Assembly: GCA_951406725.2 (NCBI GenBank)
Contig: OX597818.1
Coordinates: forward strand, 10,850,001 to 10,914,000
Reading direction: 5' to 3'
Origin: Octopus vulgaris
Taxonomy: Eukaryota
DNA: 64,000 bases
Part shown: in pieces, positions 55,011-64,000 of the stretch
Layout: each line of letters opens with the position of its first letter
Position numbering within the stretch: position 1 is the stretch's first letter
Made by a program: the position numbers and the translations under genes
Notes under the pieces: model-generated
What the model was told of the DNA's origin: nothing
The model's input: the letters and a program-made list of their open reading frames with translations, nothing else
The model's database searches: none

Positions 55011-55930
55011 CTTAGTCGATTTTTTTGTTATAGACTTATGATGACATTGTAATGGATTTAGTACTGGGGAGAATCTTACAGATGTAACTACTTGGCTCTG
55101 GCAGTCTTCTGTTTGATCCAGAACCTCTTAGATATGCCAACAGTAACTTGACCTGCTACAAATAGCTGCCAAATCTCCCTTAACCCCTTAGCATTCAGAT
55201 TACTCCTGTCAAAGTTAACACTTATTTATTCACATTTTTCTGAAATAATCATACATTATCTCATAACTTCAAGATTTCAATGAGGTGATTGTTTATTTTT
55301 AGAATGACCTTATAGAGTAGATGTGAACCTGTTTGAACATAAAACTAGTAGAATATTTTAGCTGGATATGGCCTTTTGAAATGCTAAACAGTTAAGCCAT
55401 ACCCTATCCTATGTTTCCTTTTCTTAAGGTAGTTAGGGATTTTGGCAGTTATGAGGGCATTGAATAGAATACCTTGTGGTATTTGTTTTGCTTTTTTCGT
55501 ACTCTTGACTTCAAATCCTGCCAAAGTCAACATGTATTGTTTTGAGATCGTTAACATGACAATCCAGAGTGGTAAATTGGTTGAATTGTTATAATGTTGA
55601 ATGCAATGCTTTGCAGAACCTGTTCCAGTTCTGTGCATTTAAATCCCTTCACTTGTCAATGACTAAAAAAATATTTCTTTGTGGTGTGGCAAAATAGACA
55701 GTGCACGGGAAAATCCTTAAGTAAGCGTTCAAGTATTTCAGTTTATTTGTCTCAATGGCAGCACACCAATTGACAGGAGAGACTGCGATAGGACTTTTAG
55801 GTCTTGGTCAATCCCCCACCCTCACCCACCTCTCTCTCTATCTTTCTCTCTAGGGTATCATTTCCAGCATATGCGACTGCTATTCCTTGTAGGTTGGTTT
55901 GAAAACCTTTTAAAAGTTTAAAACACTAAC

Positions 55931-56158
55931 TTAACTCTTTCGTTACCAACCCGGCTGAAACCGACTGTGGATCTGAGTACAAATATCTTGTTTTCATAAC
56001 TTTTGAATTAAAATCTTCCACCAAACCTTAGTCACAATTTATGTTCCTAACACTAGCTGAATGATAACTAAGTTATTTTATTAAATCCTTTGTCATATCC
56101 AAAATAATTGAAAGAAACCCAGAGCATCTCAAAATAAATACAGTAATGAAAGAGTTAA
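55931..56158. mobile_element. Second TTAA-flanked piggyBac-like MITE family; copies at 9771-9998 and about 47120-47342
   Basis: TTAA-CTCTTTCGTTAC...GTAATGAAAGAG-TTAA. The related copy reads TTAA-CCCTTTCATTACC...GGTATTAAAAGGG-TTAA. Confidence 0.8.
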
Positions 56159-57170
56159 TGATGACAAAGTTTATTATTTTAAAACCTGTCACAATTTTTC
56201 ATTATTTTTGAAATTAAATGAAACACAAAAGCAGTTTGTTTCATTAAAAATATGATCATGACTTCAAAATTATCAGCAAACTCACCTGTTTACTCCTATA
56301 TTTTAACTCGCTACAACACTTTCTTTTTTCTTATTTGCTCCTTTTTTGTCATTCTTATTTTCTCTTTATCCATCCATCTCCCTATCTTTTTCTTTCCTTT
56401 TGTCTCTCTTACCTTTCATTTCTATTCTTAGTCTCATTTATCTCAATTAACTGCATTTATTCTTACACAAGCTACACACACAAAAAAAAAATTGCTTTTG
56501 CACAGCTGTCTTTTATCTGAAATCATCACTTCCTACACAACACACATGCACACATATATATATGCATTTTTTATTTGTATATAAAACTAATAACAAGCTT
56601 ATTGTACTCCTTGCTCAGGTGCTCACATAACTCGTTAATAAAGGGTAAAAGAGGGGACAAACAAAAAGCAGTGATAAGTCAAGTAAAGAAGCACTGCAAT
56701 AATAGTGCACTGGATTAACCGTTTGGCATTTAAACTGGCCACATACAACCCAAATATTTTACCTGTTTTAAGTTCATATCAGTCACATCTGGCCTTTCAC
56801 ACCTACTCCACTACATCCATTTAAAACTAAACAGTTGGATCAGTGAAATTTCGAAATTATGAGATAGTGCTTGATTAACTCAAAACAGTGTGAATAAATA
56901 AGCATTATGTTTGACAGAATAATTTGAATGCTAAAGGGTTATAACAAAAGGACAGAAAACTGAAAAGTAAAATGCCATAATGAGGAAATGATGCACAGGT
57001 ATGTCAGGAAAAGTGAATTTTTTTTGAAGGATGCAGTGTTTTGACAGCTAACAACTGACATGGGTGTTATATTCATGTATGTGCACACACGCTCACATAG
57101 ATTCGTATTAAGCATGTGTGTGTAGATATATATATATATATATGCATATATATATATGCACACATATATA

Positions 57171-57204
<34 letters not shown>

Positions 57205-57206
<2 letters not shown>

Positions 57207-57359
57207 TGTATTTTTCTCTTTCTGTTTTTTCATTATCTCTGGTTTTTTTCTTCCTTTTAATCCTTTTTGTTGAAGAGCATAGGCTCAAAATGTAAAGGCT
57301 TTTCCATTCTTCCTGAGCGTTAAACTAATACACCTGCTTGTTGTTTTCTGGAAATTTAA

Positions 57360-57365
<6 letters not shown>
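57205..57365 (+). mobile_element. Copy of the hammerhead-like short repeat between (TA)n tracts
   Basis: ttgttgaagagcataggctcaaaatgtaaagg...ctgagcgttaaactaatacacctgcttgttg, flanked by (TA)n on both sides. Confidence 0.65.
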
Positions 57366-57409
<44 letters not shown>

Positions 57410-57626
57410 GAGAGAGAGAGAGAGAAATAGATAGATATATGGATAGATATAAAATTCATTATATAATTTCATGCTGATGTCTATTGTACCATCAAGTATA
57501 CTTGCACATTCCTGAGGCATGACCAGTATTGTTATTATTTATCCCTACTCTCATTGACATAATCAGAAGCTTTACAGCTGTGTCCTAAATGCAGAGGGCT
57601 CAAAAACCACATTATCCACATTGGAG

Positions 57627-57793
57627 CACTAGTGTAGCTGGGGTGAGTGGGTAGGAATGGTCCACCCTGGATGGCGCTTTTAAAGGAGTGGCACTTTTGG
57701 GTCTGCTGTAGGCAATATGTGTTTTTTTGTGGGATCCAGGGGCAGCAAACAGGAGGGTCACCCCAGGCAGCACACACTCTAGTGACGCTAGTG
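57627..57793. mobile_element. hAT-like MITE
   Basis: TIRs cactagtgtagctgg / ctagtgacgctagtg. Partial 8-bp TSD cattggag/cattgcca. Confidence 0.6.
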
Positions 57794-58169
57794 CATTGCC
57801 ATGCATTCTAAGGTGGTAAGGTGTAATTTGAGGGATATTTGGCTGTTTTTGCTAACAGATTGAGCAACCATGTAGAGGCTGCTTTGTTGACTTGTGTGTA
57901 GCATTGTGTCAGGAGTGTAGGAAAGTATTCCCGTTTTACTTTAGTGTTCCATGTAATTTGTGTTTGTTATATTTTCTAGTGTTGGTTATAGAATATGCTC
58001 TGTTGAGTAGTAATTGTGTAGAATGTGTGTTGCATAGGAGACTAGTTACATGCACTGGATATGTTATAGTACTGGATGCCAAGCTATGTAACAGTATAAC
58101 TATTATTTTATTGGGTGGTAATTGTATACAGAGACTGTTGTGTAGGAAGTGTATTGTGTAAGTAGCTGC

Positions 58170-58600
58170 TATTAGACTTGAAAGTGTCTTGCATAAGATG
58201 TGGGCTATGCCTATCAGAGCTATATTTTGAATTGTGTACAGAATTGTGAGAGCTGGTATAGGTTTTTATGTTTTTGTTTATGATACCAAGTTACTATTGA
58301 TACTGTTTTTAATTTCATATTCCATGTCCTACTTATTTCCATTTAAAGATCCTTGTACTTTAGTAGTAATGGACCAGAATGAATTGAAATGTCTTTTGAG
58401 TACAAAGATTCTTGTTCCTACCTTTGAGAATTATATTTAGATTGTTTTCCTAAATCTCCTCAGCAATCTGGACAGATATGCTCAAGTCTGTTAAACCCAA
58501 ATCAGTGGTATGTACAGTGTTTAGTACATCTTTATACATATGTTTCTATCACTTCTCAGTTTTTACACCAAAATGTTGGTATATTGTTTGATACACATAT
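58170..58600 (-). mobile_element. R4/Dong-like non-LTR retrotransposon remnant (restriction-like endonuclease C-terminus)
   Basis: Minus strand gives KYKDL*MEISRTWNMKLKTVSIV and IQNIALIGIAHILCKTLS, resembling the KY.DL..EI...W and Q...L.GTAHILR motifs. Confidence 0.6.
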
Positions 58601-58839
58601 CTATTGACTTGGTTGAGTCAGTGTATATATTAATATTTTATCTTTGTAAGAGTGAGCAGCTAAAAATAATCTGATGAATTTACTGCATCGGTAGAACTGG
58701 TGGAGTGTTGGTCAAAATGATTTATGATATTTGACTGGCTCCTTAGCATTCTCTGTTCACATCCTAGTGAAGTTAACTTTACCTCTCATTCTCCTTGGGT
58801 CAATAAAATAAGTAAGTAGAATCCCTGACTGGTGACCAG

Positions 58840-59060
58840 AGGAAGATACTGTCCTCTCAACCAATATGCTACTGTGGTGCCTACATGGATGGGCACTAGG
58901 AGACTATCACACCAAAGAAGACATGGGTGAAACAAATTGAGGAAGACCTGATGTTGCCGTGCCTTGACCTCAAGCAAGCTAAAGCCAGCACCATGGATTG
59001 GAAGGTGTGGAATAACATCATCACCAGAGCCTGTCATCCAGTGGCACCCACAATAAAATA
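58840..59060 (+). mobile_element. RTE-like LINE 3' end remnant
   Basis: PKKTWVKQIEEDL...KQAKASTMDWKVWNNII resembles the GRP.KTW...DL...A.DR..W RTE C-terminus. Confidence 0.55.
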
Positions 59061-61254
59061 AGTACCAGTCAAGGACTGCTGTTGATTTAATCCTTTAGTA
59101 TTCAGATTATTCTGGCAAAAATGATGCTTGTATATTTATATTGTGCTGAATTAATCATCCATCATCTTGTAGTTTAGAGATTTCAGTTATGTGATTGTTT
59201 AGTTTTAAAATGACATCACAGGGTAGGTGTGAGAGGCCTGATCTGCTCAGTTTCAATATAAAACTGGGGGAATATTTTGGCCGGTTATGACTGGTTTGAA
59301 TGCTAAGGGGTTAACCAACTAACTCCAGTTCAAATTGCTGTGCTTGTGCTTAAATTAGAACTATTTTATGCTGGAAATGATTATTATTTTCATTGGACAG
59401 AATTGCTAGAGTTGAACAAAATTCCTTATGGTATTTTATTACAACACTTTACCTTGTAAGTTCAAATCCCAAGGTTAATTTTCTCTGTCATTCCTCTGGG
59501 ATCAATAAAATAAAGTTCCAGTCAAGTGCTGACATCAAATTTAATGGACTGATCCCCTCCCATAAAATGTCTAGCCTTGTGTCTAAATTAGAAACAATTA
59601 TTATCATTATTATTATTAATAATAAGATCCTATTGATTGAAATGTTAGACTCCGTTTTAGTTCTTGCTTTTAACCATTGTAAATTTACTAATGCTGTTAA
59701 TGAAATTCGGAAACTGCTTCAATATCACAAATTTCTGCCTGTATAAATAAATCATTGCTGCCACCTCCAAGACCACCACTGTAACATCTACTACTACTAT
59801 TATGATTACTATTACCACTACTTCTACCACAACAAACACCACTGCCCATCCCTATTAAAATCATTTCTACCACTACTGCTGTCCTACCCACTACCACCAC
59901 CACCAACCAAACCTATTCCTCTGAGATTGCATGAAATCATCATTGTAGTTTGTATGTACCATACCACTGTTGCATTGTGTCCTTCCATTATATTCATAAT
60001 CTGCCATCAAACCAGTATTTACATTATATGTCAGCACCTATTACATACATATTACTGCAGCATTACTTTATTTCCTTCTATTCAAACCACCTACCTACCA
60101 TCACCTCTGTTCCCTTTTATTCTATATACAAAGTGCTCTGCAGCCTTCAGGATGTAACCTAAATTCTTTGAATGTGTTGACTATGGGGTATTAATTATGA
60201 TGTATATCGTTTCCATAAAATTCACTTTAAGCTGTTTATATATACGTGTGTGTATATTATATATGTATTAATACACACACTGACACACACACACACAAAC
60301 ACTCGCATACACACACACATATATCATCATCTCTTCCTTGTTTTGCATTTGTTTTTCCTTACTGTCATGGGTTAGATAAATTTTTTTGAGTTAAAGCTTT
60401 GTTCATGCACTCAACCTTTGAAATATCAAATACCTCTACAACTATAGACATGTATGCATGTGTACAGAAGTCTATGAGTGTATGCTTATATATAATTCTA
60501 CTTCTATATATATATAAATATATATATATATAGAACAAACTTACTTAGAAATGGATGCGTGCGTTCCGTCATATAATAACAAATTAATAAATAAAACATA
60601 TGCATATATACATACATATATGTACGTACCTACATCTACATGTATATATACATGCATATATGGGTACAGGAGACTGTCAACATCAACATCTCTCAGGCAT
60701 CATAACTTTAGAGTGCAGATGTTAATAAATATAGACATATACATGTGTATGCGCATAGTGCTGTGCATTGGAACTCAACACAAAATAACATGGTTGGAAA
60801 GCGAACTTAACCATGCGGCTGTACCTGCTCCAAAGTCTTGCAAGAGTCAGTGTTTAAACATACAATACATCTATGTTTACACACACAACATTGGACGACT
60901 AATCAAAGATACGTCTCTGAAGAATATTTCTTAAAGTTATTTTTTTGGGTGGTGGGGGAGGGGTACTTTTTGTTTCTTCAACTAGAAAAAAGAAAGTTAT
61001 AAAAATGTCATTTAGAAACAGAAAATAATTTTAATTAATGTCTAAATGTACATGTTGAGATTAAATAAGTTTTCAGGCTTATTGCTCTCCTCTGTAACAG
61101 CATAATTAAAATACTGCAATGAAAACAATTTGTCTACCAGCTTTTCATTTAAATTCTAATGATAGATTCTTATAACATACATGTTTAGCCAGAAATTCCT
61201 ATGTCCCATGTATTATTTCTCAAAGACTATTTAATTTGAAAAATAGATTTGCTT

Positions 61255-61615
61255 AGGCACAGGAGTGGCTGTGTGGTAAGTAGCTTGCTTACCAACCACA
61301 TGGTTCCGGGTTCAGTCCCACTGCATAGCACCTTGGACAAGTGTTTTCTACTACAGCCTCGGGCCTACCAAAGCCTTGTGAGTGGATTTGGTAGACGGAA
61401 ACTGAAAGAAGCCCATCGTATATATGTATGTATATGTGTGTGTGTGTGTGTGTGCGTTTGTGTGTCTGTGTTTGTCCCCGTAACTTAGCAGTTCAGCAAA
61501 GGAGACCAATAGAATAAGTACTAGGCTCACAAAGAATAAGTCCTGGGGTCGCTTTGCTTGACTAAAAGCGGTGCTCCAGCATGGCCACAGTCAAATGATT
61601 GAAACAAGTAAAAGA
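61255..61615 (+). mobile_element. tRNA-derived SINE (family A, most abundant; internal microsatellite)
   Basis: Head ggagtggctgtgtggtaag...ggttcagtccc, CORE-like caccttggacaagtg, tail ...gaaacaagtaaaaga. Confidence 0.9.
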
Positions 61616-61942
61616 GGGAGAGTTAGTTCTTCCTTTTTCTTTTTCTTTGTCCTTGTTTTTGAATTGATTTGTATGTATTTATTTTCTATATTCATTAATA
61701 ATTTCTATATGTTGGTAGTATTTATTCTCAGAACCTAATTTTCAAATGTATATATACATGCACACATACATATAAAACTTTATGCACACATGCTCACATG
61801 CATGTGTACAACATTTTTGTGTGTGGTTTTCATGCACACTAGTTCTCTTTTTCAACTCTCTGAAAGCAGAACTAAGGGAGAGACTAAAGCTTGTATAGTT
61901 GACTTTGTTCCCACTTTTTTGTTTTGCCCTGGTAGCAAATAA

Positions 61943-61996
<54 letters not shown>

Positions 61997-62549
61997 TTCT
62001 TTTTTTGTTTCCTGTTTTACATCCTGTAGAACCGGGTTGAAGCTGTGTGCCTGAGGCACTATAGGCAAGATGTCACTTGACTGACAATACTCTCAGTATG
62101 ATGTTTGACAAAAAATGCTCACCTAATGACTTGATTCTCCTGTTTATTCCTTCCTCTCACTTTTTGTCTGCCCTCTCCCCCACCTCTCTCTATTTCTCAC
62201 TTTGTCTTGATCCTATTTTGTCTCTTTCGTTTTCTCAAATGTTCAACCAAGACAATGTGCATACAGAATGTTATGGAACTCGTGTCCCATCCAAATCTCA
62301 AGTCATGAAATTATATTACGAATTACAAATATATTTGCTCTTTGGCTAGGATAGTTTTATTTCTTTGTTTTCTTACTTAGTTCATTATCTGATCATATTT
62401 TTATGACATTTATTTAAAAAGAAAAAAAAACCCTAAAAAGCATGTTTCTTCATGATAATAAAAACACCATTCTTTTTTCTTCTTATAGGTATCAGTCAGA
62501 TTTTGAAGTAACTATCCTGGAGACCCCCCCTTGCAACCAATGAGGAAAA

Positions 62550-62616
62550 ATGCGTACCAGCACATGGCTTTTATGTGGGAGTATTATGATTGGCTTATTC
62601 GTCCAGATTAGCTCAG
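62550..62616 (+). CDS. First coding exon of a probable secreted or membrane protein (signal peptide MRTSTWLLCGSIMIGLFVQISS, phase-1 intron follows); full exon 62489-62616
   Basis: Pyrimidine tract plus acceptor (tcttttttcttcttatag) ends at 62488. Strong donor CAG|GTAAGC at 62617. ATG at 62550 has A at -3 and an in-frame TGA at 62541. The 22 codons show a basic N-region, hydrophobic core and small residues at the end. Gene identity cannot be determined. Confidence 0.72.
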
Positions 62617-62719
62617 GTAAGCTTCTGTATTTTCCCTTCAGTCACCCTCAGTAACTTTTGACTGAGATATAAAATAATGCAACTTCTATTACTTTGTTCA
62701 GATTAACTCAGTTAAAATA

Positions 62720-64000
62720 CAGGGTGTCACAAAACATTTGACATCATTTGAATATCTGAGTAACTACATGTCCTAAGCAAATGAAATTAAATAGGCTTCA
62801 TGTTGAACAATAAGGGATTTATTTATCAAGATTCAAACAAACGATTCAGAGGGATGTAGGTTTTATAACTGATTTCCCAAAACTTCACAAATGTTCAGTA
62901 TGTGCACTGCCTATGACATGACACACATCAAGTAGCAGTCTAACTCCTGCCAAATGTGCTGTAGCATGGCTTGTGTAACATTTTCCAGTGATTCAGTGAT
63001 TCTCTTCTCAAGTTCCTTGAGACTTGTAGGAAGAGGTGGGATATATAGACCAGTCCTTTCACATAGTTCCATACAAGAAAATCATAAGGTGTCAAGTCAG
63101 ATGAATGTGGTTGTCATTTCAACAGCACATTGTCATTATCACTGGCACACCTGATCCATCTCCTTGGTAGATTCTCATTGAGATAAGCCTGCACAGTCAG
63201 CTTTCAGTGAGGTGGAACCCCATCCTGTTGAAAAATGAATTTGCCATGCTCATTTGCAATGAAATAATCAAATAACCATTTCTTAAGCATTTGTAAATAA
63301 ACATTGCCAGTCATGTTTCCCTCAAAGAAAAATAGTCCATAAAGACAATTCTTGGAGATTGCACAGAACACATTTACTTTTGGTGAGTCCCTCATGTGCT
63401 CAACTGTGGCATGGGGTATATTCTTCTCCACAAATGTAAACATTATGCTTATTAACTTTGCCATTCATCTGAAATGTGGCCTCTTCACTGAAAACGAGAC
63501 ACTTTACAGACTTTACACCTTCAATTTTCTCTTGTTTAGCAACACAGAATTGCTTGCACTTTTCCCTGTTATCTGTGTTTAAGGCTTGAATGTGCTGCAA
63601 CTTATAGGGTGTTTTTCACAAACATTTCCTTACTACATGCCAAAGTGTTGTACAAGGAACTTGGATTTCCATAGATGCTCTTCTTACAGACTTTCTGGGG
63701 CTTCGCACAGATGTTTCCCAAACCTGATTGATGATATCTTCCAGTACTGGTGGTCACCCAGATCCCTTTGCCCTGCATAGACAGCCTTCTTCTTTGATTT
63801 TTTTGTGCCATGTCCAAATCTGTTTTCCAGTTGGTGCATCTTTATTGAATTTTCTTGAAAATACATGTTGCACACTCTTGTTTGACTGTGATTGAGCATA
63901 TTCTAACACACATAATACCTTTTCATTTCTACTGAACTTCATTCTTCACCCTGAAAAAAAAACTTAGCTTTTACACATTTTGTTAAAATTTGAAATCATT
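62720..64000 (-). mobile_element. Tc1/mariner-superfamily DNA transposon with frameshifted transposase pseudogene (about 62890-63942); right end probably outside window
   Basis: TA-CAGGGTG terminus at 62718-62726. ORF pieces: MKFSRNEKVLCVLEYAQSQSNKSVQHVFSRKFNKDAPTGKQIWTWHKK (HTH), VFSEEATFQMNGKVNKHN, and SPKVNVFCAIS...GLFFFEGNMTGNVYLQML...FQQDGVPPH. Confidence 0.9.

Overview
AT-rich, microsatellite-saturated eukaryotic DNA that looks like cephalopod (Octopus-type) intronic or intergenic sequence, judging from its SINE families. Nearly all ORF-track entries are artefacts of (TA)n/(CA)n/trinucleotide repeats. The only well-supported host coding sequence is a + strand exon (62489-62616) encoding a probable signal peptide (MRTSTWLLCGSIMIGLFVQISS), with an overlapping uORF. 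A second possible exon lies at 14300-14448. The rest is a mosaic of tRNA-derived SINEs (about five families), TTAA-flanked piggyBac-like MITEs, hAT and mariner MITEs, two decayed Tc1/mariner transposases, two non-autonomous Helitrons, and LINE remnants (I/Nimb-like, RTE, R4/Dong-like). The most notable signal is a set of short modules sitting in (TA)n tracts that carry type I hammerhead-ribozyme motifs. One has a fully canonical core (minus strand, 26404-26498); several are variant or CpG-decayed. A Penelope-like GIY-YIG remnant (7725-8925) ends in the same kind of (TA)n tract. Together these suggest a microsatellite-targeting, ribozyme-bearing Penelope/retrozyme-like system. Repeat boundaries are approximate and were read by eye.
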